Below, one piece after another: positions 1 through 10,675 of a DNA stretch of 64,000 nt. The notes beneath the pieces are model-generated. The model searched no databases, had not been told where the DNA came from, and saw only the letters and a list, made by a program, of their open reading frames with translations. Position numbers and translations under genes: made by a program. How positions within the stretch are numbered: position 1 is the first letter of the stretch; each line of letters starts with the position of its first letter. Origin of the DNA: Eledone cirrhosa (lineage: Eukaryota); NCBI GenBank assembly GCA_964016885.1, contig OZ024741.1:170624001-170688000 (forward strand). Reading direction: 5' to 3'.

Positions 1-52
1 GTAATATATACCTTTCATATACTGTACCCATTGTGTTGTTATTTCTGTTTAC

Positions 53-132
<80 letters not shown>

Positions 133-458
133 TCAAATCCATTTACTACAACGGTGCTATACCAGCACCGACTTAATCACCGTGTGCCGATGAAAAGGAA
201 GCAGAACATGTTTACTAAAAAATGAAAATACAGAACAATAGAGAAAGAGGGTAGACAATCTGGATGATCTAGGGGAGAGTATTTGATCGAAAAATGTGGG
301 AACAAACGCTAAATAGGTAATATTTACGAGGGGTGTAGAAAAAATACATAGATTAAGACTGATTTTGGGGGAAACACTTTAATCACTTTCAAGGAAGCCA
401 TTTCTTCAAAATGTACTTCGCGAGAAATCGGTACGTGTATTAAGTGTTTCATTATTAT

Positions 459-662
459 TGTGGCGATTGGCAGTATCGATAGAGAGTCGGACACCATGCT
501 TTGCAACATAGAGTTACGGACCTTTACGGTCTGAGTTTAAATCCCGCCAAGGATAACTTTGCCTTTCATCCTTACGGGGTCGATAAAATAAAGTACCACG
601 CACTGGAGTCGATTTAATCGACTTTGCCCTCCCCCAAAATTACTGGCCTTGTAAATCATTAT
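459..662 (+). mobile_element. tRNA-headed SINE with Meta/MESC-like central domain
   Basis: A-box-like TGGCAGTATCGA and B-box-like GAGTTTAAATCC, then GCCTTTCATCCTTACGGGGTCGATAAAATAAAGTACC; more than 10 similar copies occur in the window. Confidence 0.85.
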
Positions 663-664
663 TG

Positions 665-895
665 TTGTGGAGATTATTCAAGAGCCACCAGTTTTCCTCA
701 TTGTATAATCTGCAGGCCTTGAGCCAATTTAAATATGGTCGAGATTTTTCTAGATCTTCCATCTCATAGAGAAGTCTCTGTCTTTCAGTTGCCATATTTT
801 ATTCGCCCTTGATATGGGGCTCCTCGCTCTTTGACTACTTTTATGTAGTTTCTTTTTTGAGTAAACATTTTCTAGTTGACTTTCATCGACACATG
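665..895 (-). pseudogene. Penelope-like element GIY-YIG endonuclease C-terminal fragment
   Basis: Manual minus-strand translation KIWQLKDRDFSMRWKI/LEKSRPYLNWLKACRLYNEE (one frameshift) parallels the end of ORF 56101-56799. Confidence 0.6.
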
Positions 896-1187
896 TAGAA
901 CAGTGAGTGTTGTTGTGAGTATGTGAATATATATATATAGAGAGAGAGATTTGTTTCTGCTAAATGAGGCGGCTTCCTGGGGGAAAACTTCCTAACGGAC
1001 CTGTTTGTCAAACGAGAGGGTGACTGATTGAAGAATAATTTCGTCGATGCTAGATGAATCAGTCATTCGGAGAAACACCAGTATATCAGACGACTGGCTT
1101 ATCATACGTCACCATTGAATATATATATATATTTCGTTTCTGAATTTGTTTAGCAAGATTCTTTATCTGAAATCGTGTGTTGAAACC

Positions 1188-1482
1188 GATATTGTTATAC
1201 TTTGGGAGGGTCATGTTGCCAAGAAGAAACACACGCACCAGTTCCTTTCACTTCAATTTATTATAATAAATTTATAAATTTCTGGTTGGTTGGTTGGTTC
1301 CACAACCAGATATTTGTTTATATATTGTCAAAGTTATTTCGTCACATATTCTGTGACCTCTTCAGTGACTGGGGATTCTTTTCTTTGTTTTTGTGCCTCT
1401 CCTTTGTTCTGTCCTACGCCATTTTGTTTCTGGTGCGTGTGTTTCTTATTGGCAACATGACCCTCCCAAAGTATAACAATAT
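1188..1482 (-). mobile_element. Non-coding PLE pLTR-like repeat with about 50-bp inverted ends
   Basis: 1188-1241 and 1431-1482 are inverted copies; 1190-1430 is the reverse complement of about 61020-61290, which follows a GIY-YIG ORF. Confidence 0.75.
1327..1369 (-). ncRNA. Type I hammerhead ribozyme motif
   Basis: Minus strand reads GUCA CUGAAGA G GUCACA-GAAUA-UGUGAC GAAA UAAC UU UGAC. Confidence 0.8.
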
Positions 1483-1499
1483 ATATATATATATATATA

Positions 1500-1576
1500 T
1501 ATTCAATGGTGACGTATGATAATTTATTTCACGACTGGCTTAGCCGAAATAAATTATCACATATCACCATTGAATA
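1500..1576. repeat. Fold-back palindrome in a (TA)n tract
   Basis: ATTCAATGGTGACGTATGATAATTTATTTC pairs with GAAATAAATTATCACATATCACCATTGAAT. Confidence 0.8.
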
Positions 1577-1756
1577 TATATATGTTCTGATATACTGGTG
1601 TTTCCCGAATGACAGATTCATCTAGCATCTACGTAATTATTCTTCAATCAGTCACCCTATCTTTTGACAAATAGGTTGGTTACGAAATTTTCCCTCAGGA
1701 ACCCGGCTCATTTAGCAGAAACAAATCATGTATATATATTTATATACATACAGTCA

Positions 1757-2210
1757 TGGTGGCTGCCAACTCGTTTTCGAGTACGGCCACTACTTTATAT
1801 CCATATAGGAGAACCCCTACCGATGCGCTGAACGAATGTGACTTTTTAGTCCAGCCAGTGACTTAAAAACTCTGGTACAAACGCTACACCTGTGACAATT
1901 ATTGACACATAGTGCTGGGCCCATGGTACCATGTGACGACAAGTGCAGAGAGATCTCCAGATATAAAGCAATGCCTGTACCGTGAACCTTTTATAGTGAG
2001 CAAAGGCACTGCACAAAGCCAGTCCCACTCTCTTAAACAAGATGATATTTACCAAAAAGAAGAACAAGTCAACATCATTGGATACCATCAGGGTTGCAGG
2101 TGTTATATCAGTTTTCCTTCTCCTAGAATTCTGCCTTGACAAAGGCTAAGGGGTCATCTCTCCCGGTGATTTTGGATGGCCATTGACTCTTAAGAGCTCC
2201 TTTGCCCTTT
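1757..2210 (+). repeat. Unclassified dispersed repeat; longer inverted copy at 33020-33635
   Basis: Matching spurious ORFs (1846-2142 vs 33303-33545; 1912-2139 vs 33240-33458); this copy has an internal deletion near 2188. Confidence 0.8.
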
Positions 2211-2232
2211 GACATACATACCCCCCCCCCCC

Positions 2233-2265
<33 letters not shown>

Positions 2266-2531
2266 TTTTTTTTTTTTTTACCTAATTATGTATGGTTGAC
2301 CGTATATTTAATTAATTTCCACGTGCTGTTGAAATGCTGGATAAATATTCTATAGCAGTTGTGCGCGAAGACGCCGCAGTGGTGTATTTATTTAGTGATT
2401 CTTCATAGATGCCTTTTATTCTTATAGCCTGGTCTAATTGATTTTTTGTGTGGTTAATTATGCTGATTGGGAGTAGAGATGATGTATATATATAATATCA
2501 AATAATTCTCTGGATATGCTTTATTCTATAG

Positions 2532-2620
<89 letters not shown>

Positions 2621-2857
2621 ATGTGCCTTTCTTAGATTTAAATATCACTATCTTTAGATCGTCTGGTAATTTACGTCTTTATAGTGATTATGGTTGTGGA
2701 ACCATTTTATCTGCATTTGTTATATATGGTGACGGGAAAAGTGAAGGCTTACTTCACTAAATATTCTCTGTTCGCCATTTGTATCTTGTTGGTTCTCAAT
2801 TATGGATTCTGTTTCGAAGCAGACTGCAGGTGAAATGTCATCCTCATCATTGATTTA

Positions 2858-3233
2858 TCTATCTATATAATACTAAATGTCTGTGATTGCTTGCTTGTCT
2901 GTAATGTAATACAACCAAAAGGGTGCATAATCGGAAAATACTTTCAAAGGAAGTTGCCTGTGAAATGTGAATACAAATGGAATAAAACAAATTTCGCGTA
3001 ACTCGGAGTACGGATTTCCGAGATATGGGGTTTTCCTGGTACCTTCATAAATATTCAAAACGATGCACATTGGAAAAATACTATGAAAGTAACATAACCC
3101 TTCAAACCTTCATAAATAACCAGAACGGTGCATAATGGAAAAATACTCCGAAAGTAACATAACCCTGAAATGGGAATACAAATGGAATGCAACAAGTTTC
3201 GCGTAAATCGAAGCACAGATTCCCGAGATATGG
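2858..3233 (+). mobile_element. 5' part of a non-autonomous Helitron-like element with internal subrepeats
   Basis: Starts A|TCTATCTATATAATAC, then TGTCTGTGATTGCTTGCTTGTCTG; repeated GGTGCATAAT.GGAAAATAC and TTTCGCGTAA...CCGAGATATGG units. Confidence 0.5.
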
Positions 3234-6200
3234 TTGATGCTCCCACCAATTCTTTTGATGGGGCAGGTCAAAATGCTTACACATTATCCAATGTATGTAT
3301 TGTGCAGCTCTGTCATGCCTGTTTAGGTATTCGGTTGGAGCTATAGGACTGCACATTGAAATTATATGGTCAATGGTCTCTGGTTGTTTTTTACATACAC
3401 GGCATAATGGGCTGCATCCATTTTTTATTATGTTGGCTTGGTAATTTTTTGTTGGCAGATACTGATCTTGTGCTGATATAATCAGTCCTTCAGTCTCCGA
3501 TTTCAGTCCAGAGGATGCCAACCACTGATGGGTTAAAGTTTTGTCAACATCAGGATTGTTAGCTCGTTCTGGGTATTTTCCATACAGAGGCTTTTCTTGC
3601 CATTTCTTAGCCAGTTTCTGTAGCAGTTCTTTCTTTGCAGTTACTTTTACCTGTTTTGCTTTTTCTGTGTTTTCTATTTCAGCAGTAAATGGGACTTCTG
3701 AAATTTGTAGTCCATTACTGTATCTTTCTGCATCTTTTGTAATGGAATATGATCTTTTGATGCTTTCGTGTTTCAAAACGAGTTTGATCATCCAATCATG
3801 TGATTCCCTTAGATATGTAGATAATCCAATTGTTGCAGTTTTCAACGCAATGTCTAACTGGATTAACCCACGTCCTCCTTCTTTCCTAGGACGATATATT
3901 CTATCTGTATCTGCCTTAGGGTGATGCATTCTGTGCATGGTTAAGAATTTTCGAATTTTTGTATCGAGCCTACGGATCTCTGTGCTTGACCAGTTGATGA
4001 CATTGTAACTGTAGGTTACTACTGGTATGGCAAGCGTGTTTATGGCCTCGATCCTATTCCTTGCATTCAATTCCGTTCTTAAGATTGCTCTTACTCTGCG
4101 GTAACATTCCTTCCTTATCCTTTCCCTCATTGTCGAGTGCTTGATTCCGTCTCCTTCACAAACACCTAGATATTTGTAAGTTTCCTCTTGATCACGTTCT
4201 CGTATCACATTCCCCCGATCAAGATTAATGTCTGAACTTTTCAGCAGCTTTCCTCTGGTGAACGTTGCTTTGTCCCATTTATCTAGTCCAAACTCCATTT
4301 TAATGTCATCACTGAACTGCTCCACAGTGGATAATAGCCCTTGCAATTGTTCATCATTTTTTGCAAATAGTTTCAGGGCATCCATGTAGAACAAGTGATT
4401 AATGGTTTTGTCATAGACTTTATATCCATGTTTTGTTTCATTGAGCATTTTACTTAATGGTATAAGTGCGATGCAGAATAAAAGCGGGGATAAAGAGTCA
4501 CCCTGAAAAATTCCACAATTAATATTAATTTCTCCAGCTTCCAGTGATTTTGTTTCACTATTCAAAAGGAGTGTCGGTTTTAATGTCTTCATACTGAATG
4601 ACAAAAACCTCCTGACAACGGGAGATATTTTGAAAATCTCTAAACATTTTTCAATCCAAATGTGTGCAAACTATCGAATGCTTTTTTATAATCTATCCAA
4701 GCAATTGATAGATTTTTGTGTCTATTATGACAATCTTCCAGTATCATTTTGTTAACCAAAAGCTGATCCTTACAGCCATATGAGCCTCGTTTACACCCTT
4801 TCTGCTCAATGGGAAATAGGTCATTTGTTATCAGGTTGTCATATGTTTATTCAGTTAGGACTGATGTTAAAATGTTATACATTGTGCTCAAGCAAGTTAT
4901 CGGTCTGTAATTTTTGGGATTGTTTGTCTCATCATTCTTCGGAAGCAGGAATGTAATGCTGTTAACTAGCCATGATATTATCTTTTCTGGCTCCTTAACT
5001 ATTCTTGTAAAGTTGGGCTAACAGCTCATGAGACTCTGTGAATGCATTTATCCAAAAATTTGGTATTTTGTCTTTTCCTGGGGATTTCCATTTGCTGGTT
5101 TTTCTTAGAGCCAAACGCAACTGTTCAACTGTTATATTTTCCCATATTTGTTCCTCAAGGTGAGCTGTATCTTTCATTTGTCTGTCTATCCATGGAGCAT
5201 GTATATTATGAACTTTTTCTTCGGCCCAGATCTTTTCTCAGAATTCTTGCGCCTCCTCCTTGGGTGGTATTGATTTAGCAGTTATTGTTGACTTACCAAT
5301 TTTTCTGTAGAAGTTTCTTTGGTTGTTTTTGAACATATTATTGTCCTTATAGAATCTAGATCGTTTTTCAAAGCGCCTTATACGAGCAGCTTTGGCCGAC
5401 ACTTTTTGCTTGATTATTTCTATCAGCATGTCTATGTCACTTGTTGATTTTATACTGTACTTTCTTTTCAATTTTCTAAGTTTAGTTTGTTTAACATGTT
5501 CACCTACTTTATAGTTTGTTAACATTTCTATGTCAGATTGGAGAAGGTTTATTTGGCGATTGATGTTCTCTTGCCAAGTAGGTTTCTTGTGGGACTTCCT
5601 TTGTTTTTTCATTTTCACTCCACATAAGTGAGTGGTGACTTTAGCCGATGCATAATAGAGATGATTTAGATCAGTAATGTTTAGTTTGTTTGTGATGATA
5701 ATGTTTTTGAGAATTATGTTAGTCTCGTGTATTATCTTTTGGTTCTGTTTGGAGTTCTGGATCTTAGGGAGGGTGTCTCGTTGCCCCATGTCAGATTCTT
5801 TCATTTTCATCCATTCGATCATAATTTCATCCTTCAAGTTGGCAAGTTCATTCTCATTCATTTCTTTATAATTTACGATCTCATTGTTTTCATTTTGAGT
5901 TTCATCTTGAGCATGCACTCCCTCCACTTTTCGATCCTTTCTTTAATTTTTTCTGCTGCCAGTGATTCCGCCCCAACCCTGGGATTCGAAGTGTTATACT
6001 TTACCTCGTTTTCACTTTCACATGTTTCATTTTCCCTTCGCTGACTCTGTGCTAATTGCTTGATCTGATCAATTTCTATATCAGTTAGTAACTTTTTTTT
6101 AATAATATTTCTTCGTATATTGGCTAGTTTGTTACTATTAATATAGCCTCTGTTTTCGGGATGTTTCTTTTTCCAGTTGATATATGTCTGTTCTGTATTC

Positions 6201-6662
6201 GATGTATTTGATAGGTAGTACATAGCAGTGTAGAAAGCCTCAAGGACTTCTTTATTATCTTCCCTTGACCATTTTTCTATCATTTTCTTTGGATTTCTTG
6301 GTGGTGAGCATGGAGGGCCAACAGTAGGAGTACTCCTGTTATGGGAGGTCTCCAGCTTCGAAGTGATGGAAGGTTTCAACCATTAGCTGATTTTTCGACC
6401 CCTGTCTGGTTCCTCTCTGATGGAGCGGCCCTTTTTGACCCGGGTGACGGCGGATCCAGTATGAGATTTTATCATTTGACATTTACTTTATTTTGTTGCG
6501 TTTTATCCTTAACCGCCAAGCGGTAATCATTTCGTGTTAATACTTCTAGGGCGAGTGTCAACCAAGACTAGAGGGTCGTCCTCCCCTAGAGCCACGGCTA
6601 TTACTCGCCGGCCGCCATCCCGGTATTTCTTGGTCACGGGGTTTTCTTTTTTTGTTGTTTTT
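3231..6662 (-). mobile_element. R4/Dong-like RLE non-LTR retrotransposon, family A copy 1 (3'-truncated, frameshifted)
   Basis: ORF pieces 5873-6379, 5238-5927, 4995-5177 and 3102-4604 match copy 3; YMDD is changed to YMDA; the copy ends before the PD-(D/E)xK nuclease. Confidence 0.9.
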
Positions 6663-6684
6663 TTATTATTATTATTATTATTAT
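6663..6684. repeat. (TTA)n at the junction of copies 1 and 2
   Basis: Seen directly; the same tract occurs at 10654-10675 and 26131-26152, always at the element 3' end. Confidence 0.95.
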
Positions 6685-9600
6685 TTGCATTTATCTTGTT
6701 TTATGTTTATACGAGTTATCACCAAGTCACAACCAGTGACCTCAAGAGACAACAAGGTCCGCCATGTTCAAGAAAGAACACACATATTCACACATGCATC
6801 CTTAGTGTTTAGACTTGTGATGTACTTATATTGACAGGATCTTCCTTAGTATATGGGCAGTTCCCATTAGTACTATCTTTTGTATTTCTCCTATACGCGG
6901 GTTTCCTGGGATTTGCGATAAGTAGTCGTTAGACCCCTTAGGTATCATTCCCAGAGCGCCTACAACCACTGGTATTGTTTTAGTTCTCAATTTCCACATT
7001 TTTCCAATTTCTATCTCCAGGTCCTTATACTTGCTCAATTTTTCAAATGTTTTTATAGATACATTCTTGTCTATTGGAACAGACATATCAATTAGCAGGC
7101 ATACCCTCTTTTTAAAGTCCTTCAGTATTATATCAGGTCTATTTGCATCTATTTTTCGGTCTGTTTGGATGCTAAAGTTCCACAATATTGAGATGTGATC
7201 TTTTTCAAGTATGGGAGGTGGTTGATGCTCCCACCAATTCTTTTGATGGGGCAGGTCAAAATGCTTACACATTATCCAATGTATGTATTGTGCAGCTCTG
7301 TCATGCCTGTTTAGGTATTCGGTTGGAGCTATAGGACTGCACATTGAAATTATATGGTCAATGGTCTCTGGTTGTTTTTTGCATACACGGCATAATGGGC
7401 TGCACCCATTTTTTATTATGTTGGCTTGGTAATTTTTTGTTGGCAGACACTGATCTTGTGCGGATATAATCAGTCCTTCAGTCTCCGATTTCAGTCCAGA
7501 GGATGCCAACCACTGATGGGTTAAAGTTTTGTCAACATCAGGATTGTTAGCTCGCTCTGGGTATTTTCCATACAGAGGCTTTTCTTGCCATTTCTTAGCC
7601 AGTTTCTGTAGCAGTTCTTTCTTTGCAGTTACTTTTACCTGCTTTGCTTTTTCTGTGTTTTCCATTTCAGCAGTAAATGGGACTTCTGAAATTTGTAGTC
7701 CATTACTGTATCTTTGTGCATCTTTTGTAATGGAATATGATCTTTTGGTGCTTTCGTGTTTCAAAACGAGTTTGATCATCCAATCATGTGATTCCCTTAG
7801 ATATGTGGATAATCCAATTGTTGCAGTTTTCAACGCAATGTCTAACTGGATTAACCCACGTCCTCCTTCTTTCCTAGGGAGATATATTCTATCTATGTCT
7901 GCCTTAGGGTGATGCATTCTGTGCATGGTTAGGAATTCTCGGATTTTTGTATCGAGCCTACGGATCTCTGTGCTTGACCAGTTGATGACATTGTAACTGT
8001 AGGTTACTACTGGTATGGCAAGCGTGTTTATGGCATCGATCCTATTCCTTGCATTCAATTCCGTTCTTAAGATTGCTCTGACTCTGCGGTAACATTCCTT
8101 CCTTATCCTTTCCCTCATTGTCGAGTGCTTGATTCCGTCTCCTTCACAAACACCTAGATATTTGTAAGTTTGTTCTTGATCAAGCTCTCTTATCACGTTC
8201 CCCCGATCCAGATTAATGTCTGAACTCTTCAGCAGCTTTCCTCTGGTGAACGTTGCTTTGGCGCATTTATCCAGTCCAAACTCCATTTTAATGTCATCAC
8301 TGAACTGCTTCACAGTGGATAATAGCCCTTGCAATTGTTCATCATTTTTTGCAAATAGTTTCAGGTCATCCATGTAGAACAGGTGATTAATGGTTTTGTT
8401 ATAGACTCTATATCCATGTTTTGTTTCATTGAGCATTTTACTTAATGGTATAAGTGCGATGCAGAATAAAAGCGGTGATAAAAGGTCACCCTGAAAAATT
8501 CCACAATTAATGTTAACTTCTCCAGCTTCCAGTGATTTTGTTTCACTATTCAAAAGGAGTGTCGTTCTCCATGTCCTCATACTGAATGACAAAAACCTCC
8601 TGATAACGGGGAATATTTTGAAAATCTCTAAACATTTTTCAATCCAACTGTGTGGCAAACTATCAAATGCTTTTTTATAATCTATCCAAGCAATCGATAG
8701 ATTTTTGTGTCTATTATGACAATCTTCCAGTATCATTTTGTTAACCAGAAGCTGATCCTTACAGCCATATGAGCCTCGTTTACACCCTTTCTGCTCAATG
8801 GGAAATAGGTCATTTGTTATCAGGTGGTCATATGTGTATTCAGTTAGGACTGATGTTAAAATTTTATACATTGTGGTCAAGCAGGTTATCGGTCTGTAAT
8901 TTTTGGGATTCTGTGTCTCATCATTCTTCGGTAGCAGGAATGTAATGCCGTTAACTAGCCATGATGGTATCTTTTCTGGCTCCTTAACTATTTCATTGTA
9001 AAGTTGGGCTAACAGCTCATGAGACTCTGTGAAGGCATTTATCCAAAAGTTTTGTATTTTGTCTTTTCCTGGGGATTTCCATTTGCTGGTTTTTCTTAGA
9101 GCCAAGCGCAGCTGTTCAACTGTTATATTTTCCCATGTTTGTTCTTCAAGGTGAGCTGTTTCTTTCATTTGTCTGTCTATCCATGGGGCATGTATGTTAT
9201 TAACTCTTTCTTCGCCCCAGATCTTTTCCCAGAATTCTTGCACTTCCTCCTTGGGTGGTATTGATTTAGCAGTTATTGTTGACTTTCCAATTTTTTTGTA
9301 GAAGTTTCTTTGGTTGTTTTTGAACATATTACTGTCCTTATAGAATCTAGATCGTTTTTCAAAGCGCCTTATACGAGCAGCTTTGGCCGACACTTTTTGC
9401 TTGATTATTTCTATCAGCATGTCTATGTCACTTGTTGATTTTATACTGTACTTTCTTTTCAATTTTCTAAGTTTAGTTTGTTTAACATGTTCACCTACTT
9501 TATAGTTTGTTAACATTTCTATGTCAGATTGGAGAAGGTTTATTTGGCGATTGATGTTCTCTTGCCAAGTAGGTTTCTTGTGGGACTTCCTTTGTTTTTT

Positions 9601-10653
9601 CATTTTCACTCCACATAAGTGAGTGGTGACTTTAGCCGATGCATAATAGAGATGATTTAGATCAGTAATGTTTAGTTTGTTTGTGATGATAATGTTTTTG
9701 AGAATTATGTTAGTCTCGTGTATTATCTTTTGGTTCTGTTTGGAGTTCTGGATCTTAGGGAGGGTGTCTCGTTGCCCCATGTCAGATTCTTTCATTTTCA
9801 TCCATTCGATCATAATTTCATCCTTCAAGTTGGCAAGTTCATTCTCATTCATTTCTTTATAATTTACGATCTCATTGTTTTCATTTTGAGTTTCATCTTG
9901 AGCATGCACTCCCTCCACTTTTCGATCCTTTCTTTAATTTTTTCTGCTGCCAGTGATTCCGCCCCAACCCTGGGATTCGAAGTGTTATACTTTACCTCGT
10001 TTTCACTTTCACATGTTTCATTTTCCCTTCGCTGACTCTGTGCTAATTGCTTGATCTGATCAATTTCTATATCAGTTAGTAACTTTTTTTTAATAATATT
10101 TCTTCGTATATTGGCTAGTTTGTTACTATTAATATAGCCTCTGTTTTCGGGATGTTTCTTTTTCCAGTTGATATATGTCTGTTCTGTATTCGATGTATTT
10201 GATAGGTAGTACATAGCAGTGTAGAAAGCCTCAAGGACTTCTTTATTATCTTCCCTTGACCATTTTTCTATCATTTTCTTTGGATTTCTTGGTGGTGAGC
10301 ATGGAGGGCCAACAGTAGGAGTACTCCTGTTATGGGAGGTCTCCAGCTTCGAAGTGATGGAAGGTTTCAACCATTAGCTGATTTTTCGACCCCTGTCTGG
10401 TTCCTCTCTGATGGAGCGGCCCTTTTTGACCCGGGTGACGGCGGATCCAGTATGAGATTTTATCATTTGACATTTACTTTATTTTGTTGCGTTTTATCCT
10501 TAACCGCCAAGCGGTAATCATTTCGTGTTAATACTTCTAGGGCGAGTGTCAACCAAGACTAGAGGGTCGTCCTCCCCTAGAGCCACGGCTATTACTCGCC
10601 GGCCGCCATCCCGGTATTTCTTGGTCACGGGGTTTTCTTTTTTTGTTGTTTTT
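6685..10653 (-). mobile_element. R4/Dong-like family A copy 2 (full length, chimeric, frameshifted near the 5' end)
   Basis: ORFs 9864-10370 and 6826-9918; flanked by (TTA)n on both sides. Confidence 0.92.
6826..9918 (-). CDS. Reverse transcriptase + CCHC knuckle + restriction-like endonuclease, 1030 aa, N-terminus split off by a frameshift
   Basis: Motifs NYRPITCL, WIDYKKAFDS, QGD.LSP, YMDDLKL, CRVC..H..C, RHD, RPDI..IDMS, KLSKY. Confidence 0.85.
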   Translation of the reverse strand: MEGVHAQDETQNENNEIVNYKEMNENELANLKDEIMIEWMKMKESDMGQRDTLPKIQNSKQNQKIIHETNIILKNIIITNKLNITDLNHLYYASAKVTTHLCGVKMKKQRKSHKKPTWQENINRQINLLQSDIEMLTNYKVGEHVKQTKLRKLKRKYSIKSTSDIDMLIEIIKQKVSAKAARIRRFEKRSRFYKDSNMFKNNQRNFYKKIGKSTITAKSIPPKEEVQEFWEKIWGEERVNNIHAPWIDRQMKETAHLEEQTWENITVEQLRLALRKTSKWKSPGKDKIQNFWINAFTESHELLAQLYNEIVKEPEKIPSWLVNGITFLLPKNDETQNPKNYRPITCLTTMYKILTSVLTEYTYDHLITNDLFPIEQKGCKRGSYGCKDQLLVNKMILEDCHNRHKNLSIAWIDYKKAFDSLPHSWIEKCLEIFKIFPVIRRFLSFSMRTWRTTLLLNSETKSLEAGEVNINCGIFQGDLLSPLLFCIALIPLSKMLNETKHGYRVYNKTINHLFYMDDLKLFAKNDEQLQGLLSTVKQFSDDIKMEFGLDKCAKATFTRGKLLKSSDINLDRGNVIRELDQEQTYKYLGVCEGDGIKHSTMRERIRKECYRRVRAILRTELNARNRIDAINTLAIPVVTYSYNVINWSSTEIRRLDTKIREFLTMHRMHHPKADIDRIYLPRKEGGRGLIQLDIALKTATIGLSTYLRESHDWMIKLVLKHESTKRSYSITKDAQRYSNGLQISEVPFTAEMENTEKAKQVKVTAKKELLQKLAKKWQEKPLYGKYPERANNPDVDKTLTHQWLASSGLKSETEGLIISAQDQCLPTKNYQANIIKNGCSPLCRVCKKQPETIDHIISMCSPIAPTEYLNRHDRAAQYIHWIMCKHFDLPHQKNWWEHQPPPILEKDHISILWNFSIQTDRKIDANRPDIILKDFKKRVCLLIDMSVPIDKNVSIKTFEKLSKYKDLEIEIGKMWKLRTKTIPVVVGALGMIPKGSNDYLSQIPGNPRIGEIQKIVLMGTAHILRKILSI

Positions 10654-10675
10654 TTATTATTATTATTATTATTAT

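Larger units (their letters stand above)
948..1726. repeat. Inverted repeat pair (about 948-1090 and 1586-1726) enclosing a hammerhead-bearing repeat
   Basis: ATTTGTTTCTGCTAAATGAG...CACCAGTATATCAGA is the reverse complement of TCTGATATACTGGTG...CTCATTTAGCAGAAACAAAT. Confidence 0.8.

Noticed and set aside
3541-3924. 127-aa antisense ORF recurring in all four family A copies
   Set aside because: Shadow of the RT ORF in very similar copies; no domain and no independent evidence
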